From the sequence record SRR22947725_1140: a DNA stretch of 64,000 nt, one strand, 5' to 3'. The translations under genes were made by a program, and so were the position numbers. The notes beneath the pieces were generated by a model. The model did no database searches. It was not told where the DNA came from and saw nothing but the letters and a program-made list of their open reading frames with translations. Shown here piece by piece: positions 52,138-61,204 of the stretch. Numbering within the stretch: position 1 is the first letter of the stretch; the number at the start of each line of letters is the position of its first letter.

Positions 52138-52162
52138 CCTTTTAGAGTTCTCTAAATACCGT
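52134..52162 (+). promoter_or_regulatory. Putative sigma70 promoter of trxA with a palindrome in its spacer
   Basis: TTGACC-N17-TACCGT. The spacer holds TTTAGAG-TT-CTCTAAA (52141-52156), and the -35 overlaps the addA stop codon. Confidence 0.45.
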
Positions 52163-52200
52163 CCATCTTAAAATAACTTTACATTATCGAAGGAAAAACA

Positions 52201-52521
52201 ATGCCAACAACACATGTAACTGATGATAGTTTTGATAAAGAGGTGCGCCAATCTGAATTACCCGTAATAGTTGATTTCTGGGCTGAATGGTGTGGCCCTT
52301 GCAAGCAAATTGGACCAGCATTAGAAGAACTATCTGATGAATATGCAGGAAAAATAAAAATTGTAAAAGTCAATGTAGATGACAATCCAAATTCACCTGC
52401 TCAAATGGGCGTTCGTGGGATACCAGCATTATTTATGTTTAAAGACGGTGAAATAGTTTCTAATAAAGTAGGTGCCGCACCAAAAGCATCTCTTAAAAGC
52501 TGGATAGACGAAGAGGTTTAA
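52201..52521 (+). CDS. trxA: Thioredoxin
   Basis: [12 protein letters not shown] and GIP motifs. Confidence 0.98.
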   Translation: MPTTHVTDDSFDKEVRQSELPVIVDFWAEWCGPCKQIGPALEELSDEYAGKIKIVKVNVDDNPNSPAQMGVRGIPALFMFKDGEIVSNKVGAAPKASLKSWIDEEV

Positions 52522-52523
52522 AT

Positions 52524-53195
52524 CTATTTAGTTAAGAATTTAAGTATGTGCTCTATACTGGCGTGATAGTGTTGTTTTAATAAATTTTTAGAACTTTCAC
52601 TATCTCTCGCCAACACACTCTCATAAAGTTCTTTGTGTTCCTTAGCGCTTTCTCTGCCTAGGTTAGGGTATTCTACTGTTATAAAAACTCCATATTTTGT
52701 ACTATGATCAATAAGCTCACTACAAAACTTATTTAGCCAGGGTAACCCGCTGTTGTTTATTAATGTAAGATGAAAACTGTGATGATATGCTATCCAGTTC
52801 CGGTTAATAGCTCTTACACCGTTAACCTGTAAAACTCTGTCGGTTCGCTGTAACCTATGAAAAGCGAGAACTAATTCTTCCTCCCATTTGTTAGAAAAGT
52901 TCTTGATAGAAAGCTCTAATGCCAGGCATTCAATTAAAATTCGAGTTTCAACTAATGACTTAAGATCTTCTTTTGAAATTTGAGAAACAGTAAACCCAGT
53001 TTGACCAACGTGTGCAACCAACGCCTCTGACTCTAACCTACTAAGAGCCTCCCTAATTGGGATTACACCGATATCATAAAGTCCACTAAGTTCCTTAACT
53101 TTAAGTTTATGATTCGGGGGGAACTTTGAAGCTAAAATATCCTCTCTAATCTTATTATATGCTAACACCGATTGAAGATTTGAGTTTACAGACAT
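52524..53195 (-). CDS. GntR family (FCD domain) transcriptional regulator
   Basis: wHTH PIREALSRLESEALV...GF; FCD with H..FH..L and EH. Start ATG 53195 preferred over the track start at 53312. Confidence 0.88.
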   Translation of the reverse strand: MSVNSNLQSVLAYNKIREDILASKFPPNHKLKVKELSGLYDIGVIPIREALSRLESEALVAHVGQTGFTVSQISKEDLKSLVETRILIECLALELSIKNFSNKWEEELVLAFHRLQRTDRVLQVNGVRAINRNWIAYHHSFHLTLINNSGLPWLNKFCSELIDHSTKYGVFITVEYPNLGRESAKEHKELYESVLARDSESSKNLLKQHYHASIEHILKFLTK

Positions 53196-53377
53196 AAAAA
53201 TACTCATTCTAAAAATTAAACATACTATTTTTTTAACATTAATTACAGAAAAATTCAGAAATACTTCCACTATCAATAAATTAGATATATCTGTATTATG
53301 AAATATGGACAATTATTCACAAAAACTTTGAAAAGCAAGGAAAATGTTACTTTGTTAACAATCAAAAAGTAGAAAAA

Positions 53378-55513
53378 ATGAAGATATCGAAAAATAAAAA
53401 TTCTTCATCAAAAATGAAAAAAAGTAGTGACAAAAGGTCAGGTAATTCAAAAAGACGTACTTATACAAACAAAAAATCTACACATTCAAAATCTCTCCTT
53501 CAAAAAATAATATCAATAGTCTTATTCCCATTCATTTGGTCTTTAAATAAACTTTGGGCAGTTATGTGGCGGACAGTTTTATTTTGCTCACTGATTCTAT
53601 TTGGAATAGCGACCTTCATATATATTACTCTCCCACCATACGAAGACCTTGTAGATGGCCGCGCCAGGGGATCAGTCACTTTCTTAGATAAAAACGGTAA
53701 TACGTTTGCTTGGAGAGGTGATCAATTAGGTGATATAATAACAAGTACTTCTATCTCACCAATGCTAAAAAATGCTATAGTGGCGACAGAAGACAAAAGA
53801 TACTACAGACACTTTGGAATCTCCCCTAGAGGAATACTGGGTGCCATAAAAACTAACCTAAAGGCTGGAAGAGGGCCACTTAAAGGAAGCGGTGGTTCAA
53901 CGATAACGCAACAAACAGCTAAGCTTATTTGTCTGGGTAAGGAGTACAATCCAAATAAATGGGAAAGCGAACGTCAATATGAAGCAGATTGTCGTAAAAT
54001 AACAAAAACGCGTAAAATCAAAGAAGCTATTTTTGCTGTAATAATGGAGTTTCGCTACACCAAAGACGAAATACTTTCATTATACTTGAACAGAGCATAT
54101 TTAGGGGCTGGATCTCGTGGGTTTGAAGCTGCATCCCAAAGATACTTTAATACGTCTTCCAGTAAGTTAAATATTGGACAATCGGCTATGCTTGCAGGAC
54201 TTCTTAAAGCTCCATCTACCTACGCACCAACGAATAATATTCACAAAGCGCAAGCAAGAGCGAACGTGGTATTAAAATTAATGCATCAACAAAAGTATAT
54301 TACGAATACCGAAAAACAGTTTTTTATTTCAAACCCAGCAAACCTTTCATCTAGAGGATCAACTAACAATAGCAGTTATTTTGTTGATTGGATTATGGGT
54401 TCAATTCCTCCATTCCTTACTAGGAAAACAATGGAGGATGTTATCATCAAGACTACTTTTGATAGCTTAATTCAAAGTAAAGCTGAGCGAGCAGTAAACA
54501 CCATATTAAAGAATAAACTTCGCAAAGGCTCCTTAGCAGAGATTGCTGTTGTGATAATGTCTCCAGATGGAGCTGTTAGGGGAATGATAGGAGGCCGAGA
54601 AGCTAATAAAGTTGGATCATTTAATAGAGCGACCCAAGCAAAAAGGCAAACTGGATCGATCTTTAAGCCCTTAGTATATGCAACAGCACTTGAAAAGGGT
54701 TTTAAATATAACACCATAGTAGAAGACACCCCCATTTCAATCTCTGTACCTGGTTCGAGTACGTGGACTCCCAAAAACTACTCACGAGACTTTATTGGAA
54801 AAACAACTTTAACCGATGCATTTAAACTCTCTATAAATACCGTAGCCGTAAAACTATCAGAAGAAGTCGGTCGAGATAATGTTATTAAAACGGCAAAGAA
54901 TCTTGGTTTATATAACGACCTTCCCAACAGCCCCTCTGTAGCCCTTGGCACATCTGAGCATACGTTATTAGAAATTACAGGCGCGTACGCTGGAATTCTA
55001 AATGGAGGTAAATATGTGACCCCTTATGGCCTAACAAAGCTAAGGCTTAAGAATAATGACACCCCCTTAATGGAAAAAAAGTTTACATCTAAAGAACGTA
55101 CGTTATCACAGAACACTACCGAACAATTAATATACATGATGCACAGAACCTTACAGGACGGAACCGGCACAAAAGCAAACATTAAAGAGATAGAGGTTGC
55201 TGGAAAAACAGGTACTACACAAAACCAAAGAGATGCCTGGTTTATCGGCTTTACAACTCAACATGTCGTCGGTGTTTGGATGGGAAACGATAAAAATCTA
55301 TCACTAACTGGTGTGACTGGAGGTGGCTTACCTGCAGAGATTTGGAGAGAAATTATAATAAGAATAAGCGATGATTCATCCTACAAACAACTACCAATGA
55401 TAAGGCCTAAAGCTGCACCAACCTTATTAAATGGGACATATAGAAACCACGAATTAAATCTAAAAAGTGACTTCAATATTTTCAAGTCAATTAAAAACCT
55501 ATTTAAACAATAA
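53378..55513 (+). CDS. Class A penicillin-binding protein (transglycosylase/transpeptidase, PBP1A family)
   Basis: ATEDKRY, GGSTITQQTAK, RKIKE, YLNRAY, SIFK (SxxK), SIN (SxN) and KTG. Confidence 0.94.
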   Translation: MKISKNKNSSSKMKKSSDKRSGNSKRRTYTNKKSTHSKSLLQKIISIVLFPFIWSLNKLWAVMWRTVLFCSLILFGIATFIYITLPPYEDLVDGRARGSVTFLDKNGNTFAWRGDQLGDIITSTSISPMLKNAIVATEDKRYYRHFGISPRGILGAIKTNLKAGRGPLKGSGGSTITQQTAKLICLGKEYNPNKWESERQYEADCRKITKTRKIKEAIFAVIMEFRYTKDEILSLYLNRAYLGAGSRGFEAASQRYFNTSSSKLNIGQSAMLAGLLKAPSTYAPTNNIHKAQARANVVLKLMHQQKYITNTEKQFFISNPANLSSRGSTNNSSYFVDWIMGSIPPFLTRKTMEDVIIKTTFDSLIQSKAERAVNTILKNKLRKGSLAEIAVVIMSPDGAVRGMIGGREANKVGSFNRATQAKRQTGSIFKPLVYATALEKGFKYNTIVEDTPISISVPGSSTWTPKNYSRDFIGKTTLTDAFKLSINTVAVKLSEEVGRDNVIKTAKNLGLYNDLPNSPSVALGTSEHTLLEITGAYAGILNGGKYVTPYGLTKLRLKNNDTPLMEKKFTSKERTLSQNTTEQLIYMMHRTLQDGTGTKANIKEIEVAGKTGTTQNQRDAWFIGFTTQHVVGVWMGNDKNLSLTGVTGGGLPAEIWREIIIRISDDSSYKQLPMIRPKAAPTLLNGTYRNHELNLKSDFNIFKSIKNLFKQ

Positions 55514-55527
55514 AGCTCACCAAGTTT

Positions 55528-56139
55528 TTAATTTATACCTCTTAAACTTGAACTTAATAAATCAATGTCGCCATTTCGATTTTCTAACATTACCCCGATC
55601 TCCACTCTTTCTGAAGATAATAAGTTAATACCATCAATTATAATATTAAATATTTTCACCTCTCCACTACGGTCAGATACAAGCCAAAGTACCTCTAACG
55701 GGGCCCAATCTATAAGATGTACACGAGTTTTTACCTCCACACCTGAGCGTATTGCTCGCGAACTTAAAATAGAAATTTCTCCGTCTCTAAGTTCTCGAAA
55801 TCTTCGAGCATACTTATTAAGAAAATATATTTGAAAAGAGTCCTTAAAAAACTCCAATTGACTCGATGATGCAGTCCTTCGAGCTGGCCCAAGTGTAGTA
55901 AGGGCCATAATATTAGTATCTGCATACTTCTTAAAGACAAATTCAAGCTCATCTATAGTCACCGACTCATCACGGGCTGACGATATGATATTGTTAACTT
56001 CAAAAGATATCTTTTTAATTAACTCTTCTGCTTCACTCTTTTCAAGTGCTTGCGAAACAGTAAGCATGCAAAATGTAGAAAAAAATATAACTGAAATTAA
56101 AATAAAGAAATTTTTAAATGTTCTCTTAACTAATTTCAT
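55528..56139 (-). CDS. mlaC: MlaC/Ttg2D phospholipid-binding protein
   Basis: Signal peptide, LGPARR..S and W.VSDRSG..KIFNIIIDGIN; downstream of mlaA. Confidence 0.85.
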   Translation of the reverse strand: MKLVKRTFKNFFILISVIFFSTFCMLTVSQALEKSEAEELIKKISFEVNNIISSARDESVTIDELEFVFKKYADTNIMALTTLGPARRTASSSQLEFFKDSFQIYFLNKYARRFRELRDGEISILSSRAIRSGVEVKTRVHLIDWAPLEVLWLVSDRSGEVKIFNIIIDGINLLSSERVEIGVMLENRNGDIDLLSSSLRGIN

Positions 56140-56145
56140 AAAAAA

Positions 56146-56895
56146 TTACTTATCGTAAACATCATTATATGGATCTATATACTCTTTATTATCTTTATTA
56201 TCAGTTTTTCGTAAAAACTCTCTTCGTTGCTGAAGATATAGAAGTCGAGCCTGAGCGTAACTGTCCTCACTATCATACATTATAGAATCAACTAACTCTG
56301 AAAAACGTCCACGTTGATCTATAGCCTTAAGCGTCTGAGTTCCGGCATAAACCTGTTGTTCAGGAGATTCAGAAAGTAATCTAACGGGATTTGAAGCAAA
56401 ATCCACCATGCGACCGATGGTATTTCGTAAAGTACTAGGACCAAACAGCGGTAATTCAACATAAGGTCCTTCGCGGACCCCCCATACATGTAAAGTCTCT
56501 CCAAAATCAGAATATCTCTCAGGTAGACCCAAATTACTTGCAGGATCAAAAAGACCTCCTAAACCGGCTGTAGTGTTAACTATAAACCTTGCAGAGTTTG
56601 AGCTTGCATCTTTTAACTTAAATTGAATTAAGTCATTGATTATCATGCCTGGGGTTTTTAAGTTAGAAGCAAAATTACTAACTCCTGCCCTGATAGGTTT
56701 TGGCACCACTTGGTAGACTTTTGACGCTGGACGCAAAGCAATACGATCCAACCCTCTATTAATCTTATGAACGTTTCTGTTTAAAGACTCAGCTGGATCA
56801 TTCACGCTCTGATTTATTGGCGCAGAACCACAAGAAACTAAAACCATTAACAAGAAGGCCACAAGTACTCTTGATATTTTGGGCATTAAAAGCAT
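56146..56895 (-). CDS. mlaA: MlaA/VacJ lipoprotein
   Basis: Lipobox LVSC, NDPAESLNR, NTTAGLGGLFD and DFGETL..WG..EGPYVELP.FGPST. Confidence 0.93.
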   Translation of the reverse strand: MLLMPKISRVLVAFLLMVLVSCGSAPINQSVNDPAESLNRNVHKINRGLDRIALRPASKVYQVVPKPIRAGVSNFASNLKTPGMIINDLIQFKLKDASSNSARFIVNTTAGLGGLFDPASNLGLPERYSDFGETLHVWGVREGPYVELPLFGPSTLRNTIGRMVDFASNPVRLLSESPEQQVYAGTQTLKAIDQRGRFSELVDSIMYDSEDSYAQARLLYLQQRREFLRKTDNKDNKEYIDPYNDVYDK

Positions 56896-57095
56896 TATTT
56901 TACTCTAATTTAATTGGCAGTATTGTAGATCTCATATATACCTAAAGAAAACTTAAACCACCATACAAAATAATTTATTTTTCTTACAAATTGTAGAATT
57001 TAAAGTTAGTAACAAAAATACAATATATTTTAATTAATTTGATCACTTTTACTTATACGTTTATCACAACTTTATAATAGATTAATGGAGAAAAC

Positions 57096-57557
57096 ATGAA
57101 AATTGAAAACCGTTTAAAAGAAATTGGAATTAAACTCCCTGATGCACCGGCACCCGCAGCAAATTATGTTCCAAGTGTGGTCGTTGGTGATATTGTTTAT
57201 ATTTCTGGCCAAGTCTCTTCTAACGCAAATGGTTTAATAAAAGGCAAGTTGGGGAGTACAATGAGTACAGAGGACGGTGTGAAGGCAGCAGAAGCTTGTG
57301 CAATTAGTCTTCTTGCCCAAGTGAAAAATGCTTGTGGAGGGGATTTAGACAACTTAGTAAGGGTTATCAAGCTTACGGGCTTCGTTAATTCAACTCCTGA
57401 CTTCATGGATCAACCTACAATAATCAACGGGGCATCGGACTTTTTAGTAGACGTACTGCAAGAATCTGGACGTCATTCACGTTCAGCAGTTAGTGCGGCA
57501 TCTTTACCTTTTGGAGTAGCTGTTGAAATAGAGGGTATTTTTCAAATAAAATCATAA
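57096..57557 (+). CDS. RidA/YjgF family protein
   Basis: PAPAANYVP, ISGQ, GFVNS, NGASD and GRHSRSAVS..SLP.GVAVEIE. Confidence 0.9.
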   Translation: MKIENRLKEIGIKLPDAPAPAANYVPSVVVGDIVYISGQVSSNANGLIKGKLGSTMSTEDGVKAAEACAISLLAQVKNACGGDLDNLVRVIKLTGFVNSTPDFMDQPTIINGASDFLVDVLQESGRHSRSAVSAASLPFGVAVEIEGIFQIKS

Positions 57558-57582
57558 ATAAAAACTCTACTCTCATTAAATT

Positions 57583-57622
57583 CTGTAAAAGTTTTACAGT
57601 AAAATTATATTAATATAATTTT
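57583..57622. promoter_or_regulatory. Two abutting palindromes in the ridA-GNAT spacer
   Basis: CTGTAAAA-G-TTTTACAG (57583-57599) and AAAATTATATTAATATAATTTT (57601-57622), followed by CGCGCGCGCC (57631-57640). Confidence 0.35.
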
Positions 57623-57649
57623 TTAAGATCCGCGCGCGCCATAAATCAA

Positions 57650-58825
57650 ATGAAAACATGTAATATAGACATATCTTTTTTACAAAGCATTCAAAGCATG
57701 CCTGCTGAAGATTGGGATGCTTGCGCTTGTCCAGAATCTCCCAATAGTAAACCACTAAATATTTTCTCCACTCACCGGTTCCTTCTTGCTCTCGAAAAAT
57801 CTAAATCTGTGGGACAAGGTACTGGTTGGATTCCACATTATATAGTAGCAAAATCCGAAGGTACTATAATTGCTGTTTCTCCACTTTATTTAAAATATCA
57901 CTCCCAAGGAGAGTATATATTTGATCATAACTGGGCTCATGCGTTTGAAGGCGCCGGAGGTCAGTATTATCCAAAGTTACAGATATCTATACCCTTTACT
58001 CCAGCCACTGGAAAACGTTTTCTTACTAAACCAGGTTGGGAACAAGCTGGAAGTAATGCACTTATTAAGGGAGCGATTCACTTAGCAGAGCAAAATAATT
58101 TATCCTCTATCCACATAACATTTTGTACAGACAGTGAAATAGATATAGGTAAAGAAAATGATCTTCTTTACCGAACCAGCCAACAATTTCACTGGAAAAA
58201 TAATTCCTACAGCTCTTTCGATTGTTTTTTAGAATCCTTATCTTCCCGGAAACGAAAAAATATAAGGAAAGAGAGAAAATTAGCTAATCAGTTTGGGGGT
58301 AAAATTGAAGTATTGCAGGGATCTCAAATACAAGAAAAACATTGGGACGCTTTTTGGCTTTTTTATCAAGACACTGGGATAAGAAAATGGGGTACACCAT
58401 ATCTGACTAGGGACTTCTTTAAAGAGGTTCAAAAAAACCTCCTTGATGACACATTATTAGTTTTGGCTGAGATTAATGGTAGATACGTTGCTGGCGCTTT
58501 AAATTTTATTGGTCAAGATACCCTTTATGGGCGTTATTGGGGCTGTATCGAGGACTATCCGTCCTTACACTTTGAGCTATGTTATTATCGAGCAATAGAT
58601 TTTGCGATATCCAATAACTTAAAGATTGTGGAAGCTGGTGCCCAAGGTGCTCACAAACTTGCACGAGGATATTTACCCGTCGCTGTTAAATCTCTCCATT
58701 GGATAAATAATAAAAGCTTAAGAACTGCGATATCAGCTTATTTGGATTCTGAAAGAGCCGCTGTGAAAGAAGGGAATGAAGTGCTAACTAGTTTCGCTCC
58801 ATATAAAAACCTTTTAAAAAAATAA
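57650..58825 (+). CDS. GNAT / FemAB-like N-acetyltransferase (DUF482 type)
   Basis: HSQGEYIFDH.WA.A, YYPKLQ..PFTP, LYGRYWG, LHFELCYY and EAGAQG.HK.ARGY. Confidence 0.9.
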   Translation: MKTCNIDISFLQSIQSMPAEDWDACACPESPNSKPLNIFSTHRFLLALEKSKSVGQGTGWIPHYIVAKSEGTIIAVSPLYLKYHSQGEYIFDHNWAHAFEGAGGQYYPKLQISIPFTPATGKRFLTKPGWEQAGSNALIKGAIHLAEQNNLSSIHITFCTDSEIDIGKENDLLYRTSQQFHWKNNSYSSFDCFLESLSSRKRKNIRKERKLANQFGGKIEVLQGSQIQEKHWDAFWLFYQDTGIRKWGTPYLTRDFFKEVQKNLLDDTLLVLAEINGRYVAGALNFIGQDTLYGRYWGCIEDYPSLHFELCYYRAIDFAISNNLKIVEAGAQGAHKLARGYLPVAVKSLHWINNKSLRTAISAYLDSERAAVKEGNEVLTSFAPYKNLLKK

Positions 58826-58842
58826 CCCTCGAAATTTAATTT

Positions 58843-59346
58843 TTATAGTTTGGCTATAGAGTCAAGTAATCCCTCACCCGCAGAGGTTGTACATTCACCA
58901 CGTGATTTTTCTTCATTAAAAACAATTACATTTTGATCTTCAACATACATAGCATATCTTTTTGACCTTTCAATCAAACCGACATCAGGTGCTGTAAAGT
59001 CCATTCCAATCAAGCGAGTAAACTTACTTTCTGGATCTCCTAACATTATTAAACCAGCAGCTGAAGCTCCCGTAATTTCTCCCCAGGCTTTCAAAACATG
59101 CGGGTCATTAACAGAAATACAAATAATCGTATTTATCCCAATTTCTTCAAATCTTTTCTTTGTCCTAATAAAGCTTGGAACGTGGGAAGACTGACAAGTC
59201 GGCGTAAAAGCACCCGGTAAACCAAAAATCACTACTTTGTTAAGAGCTGTAAACTTACTCAGCGAAACTTTTTCGATACCCTCTTTAGCAAACCACACGA
59301 ACTCCGAATTTGGTAGTTTATCATTTTCCTTTATCATCATACTCAC
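58843..59346 (-). CDS. Peroxiredoxin (Prx5 type)
   Basis: GLPGAFTPTC, SVNDP and RSKRYAM. Confidence 0.92.
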   Translation of the reverse strand: MSMMIKENDKLPNSEFVWFAKEGIEKVSLSKFTALNKVVIFGLPGAFTPTCQSSHVPSFIRTKKRFEEIGINTIICISVNDPHVLKAWGEITGASAAGLIMLGDPESKFTRLIGMDFTAPDVGLIERSKRYAMYVEDQNVIVFNEEKSRGECTTSAGEGLLDSIAKL

Positions 59347-59419
59347 TTCCTTATTTAAAACTTCTCAAAACCTCTATATACAGTTTTTTGATAAGTCATA
59401 CCATTAATGGAAGATATAT

Positions 59420-60631
59420 ATGAAAGATATCGTTGTAATCGGGGCAGGCCAAGCAGGTGCATCTCTATGTGCCAAATTACGTCAAATGGGTTATGACGAA
59501 AAGCTTTCATTGTTCGGTGAAGAAGTGTTTCCTCCTTATCAACGTCCTCCACTATCCAAAAAATATTTACTCGGGGAAATAGATGTAGAGCGTCTGTATA
59601 TCAGACCAAAGAAATTCTACTCTGAGCAAGATATTGATCTTAATTTAAATTCCCCTATTTCAAAAATAGATATTAAAAAGAAAGTAATTTATAGCAAAGG
59701 AAATACTACTTCATTCGATCAACTTATCTTTACGACTGGATCCACTCCTCGAAAACTACCCAAGTCATTGAGTCAAAATTTAAAAAATATTTTTTACGTA
59801 AGATCAATCTTAGATGTCAACTATATGGCTCCAAACTTAGTTGAAGGGAAAAAAGTATTGATAATTGGAGGTGGTTATATAGGTTTGGAGGCCGCATCAG
59901 TTTGCAGAAAATTAGGTGTAAACGTAAAAATTATTGAAATGGATAAACGGATTTTAAATAGGGTTTCATCTTCTGAAACTGCAAACTATTTCAGAGAGCT
60001 TCATCAAAATAATGGTGTAGAAATATTGGAAAGAGTTACTCTAGATGCCCTTATAGGGGAGACTCATGTAGAAAAAGCAATACTCTCTGATGGTACTCAA
60101 ATGAATATTGACTTGGTGATTGCAGGGATTGGCGTTCTACCTAATGACAATCTAGCATCTGAAGCTGGTTTAGATATTGAAAATGGTATTAAAACTAACT
60201 CACTTGGTCAAACATCCAACGAAAGTATTTGGGCTGCCGGTGACTGCTCCTCGTTTCCCTGGAAAGGAAAGCGTATACGTTTAGAAAGTGTACAAAATGC
60301 TATTGAGCAATCAGAAATAGTGGCAGAAAATATCTTAGGCGAAAAAAAGAGTTATATACCATCCCCTTGGTTTTGGTCAGATCAGTACGATGTAAAGCTT
60401 CAAATAGCAGGATTAAATACCGGTTACGATCAAATAGCTGTAAGAAAGGGTGACAGAGATAATTCTGTATCACACTGGTACTATAAGTCAGGAACACTCA
60501 TTTCAGTTGATGCCATGAACGACCCAAGATCCTATATGATTGGTAAAAGAATAATAGAAAGTGGTAACGTAGTTTCACCAACAGATATTGAAAATCCTGA
60601 GTATGACTTAAAAAAACTAATAAAAAAGTGA
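59420..60631 (+). CDS. NAD(P)/FAD-dependent ferredoxin reductase-like oxidoreductase
   Basis: GAGQAG, PYQRPPLSK, GGGYIGLE, WAAGDC, RLESVQNA and PWFWSDQY. Confidence 0.92.
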   Translation: MKDIVVIGAGQAGASLCAKLRQMGYDEKLSLFGEEVFPPYQRPPLSKKYLLGEIDVERLYIRPKKFYSEQDIDLNLNSPISKIDIKKKVIYSKGNTTSFDQLIFTTGSTPRKLPKSLSQNLKNIFYVRSILDVNYMAPNLVEGKKVLIIGGGYIGLEAASVCRKLGVNVKIIEMDKRILNRVSSSETANYFRELHQNNGVEILERVTLDALIGETHVEKAILSDGTQMNIDLVIAGIGVLPNDNLASEAGLDIENGIKTNSLGQTSNESIWAAGDCSSFPWKGKRIRLESVQNAIEQSEIVAENILGEKKSYIPSPWFWSDQYDVKLQIAGLNTGYDQIAVRKGDRDNSVSHWYYKSGTLISVDAMNDPRSYMIGKRIIESGNVVSPTDIENPEYDLKKLIKK

Positions 60632-61188
60632 GAGTTATCGCAGGAAAATTCCGAGGTTTAAGATTAAAATCTATAGGAAGTACACCGGCTAATAAAAGCC
60701 TACGGCCGACTACAGACCGTGTGAGGGAAAACCTTTTTAATATTCTTTCTGGAGGAAAGTATGGTAATATTCTTAACGGAGCACGAGTATTAGATATGTT
60801 TGCCGGAACAGGGATACTTGGAATTGAAGCTATTTCTCGTGGTGCCAGTCATGCCACTCTTTTTGAAAAGTGTGTAAGCACCTTCAAATTAATCCAAGAT
60901 AACATTAAACTTACTAATACTATTAATGAAATAAATGTAATAAATACAAATGTAATGCATTTGGAGCAATGTAAAACAGAACCTTTTAATTTAGTTTTTA
61001 TTGACCCTCCTTATCAAAAAAATTTTGGAAAACCCGCATTAGCGAGGGCACTAGAGTTTGGTTGGCTGTCAGAAGGAGCTTTAGTCGTATGGGAGGAAAG
61101 TGCTTCTCCAGAGGTCCCAAAAGAGTTTGAGTGGCTTGATGAAAAAAAATATGGGAATACAGTTTTGACTTTTTTAACTACTTCCTAG
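60628..61188 (+). CDS. rsmD: 16S rRNA m2G966 methyltransferase
   Basis: MRVIAGKFRG, LRPTTDRVRENLFN, DMFAGTG and DPPY. Confidence 0.95.
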   Translation: MRVIAGKFRGLRLKSIGSTPANKSLRPTTDRVRENLFNILSGGKYGNILNGARVLDMFAGTGILGIEAISRGASHATLFEKCVSTFKLIQDNIKLTNTINEINVINTNVMHLEQCKTEPFNLVFIDPPYQKNFGKPALARALEFGWLSEGALVVWEESASPEVPKEFEWLDEKKYGNTVLTFLTTS

Positions 61189-61204
61189 TAAGTTCCAATC
61201 CATT

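Noticed and set aside
57583..57599. CTGT...ACAG as a LexA (SOS) box
   Set aside because: Spacing is N9 rather than N8, and alphaproteobacterial LexA binds GTTC-N7-GTTC direct repeats.
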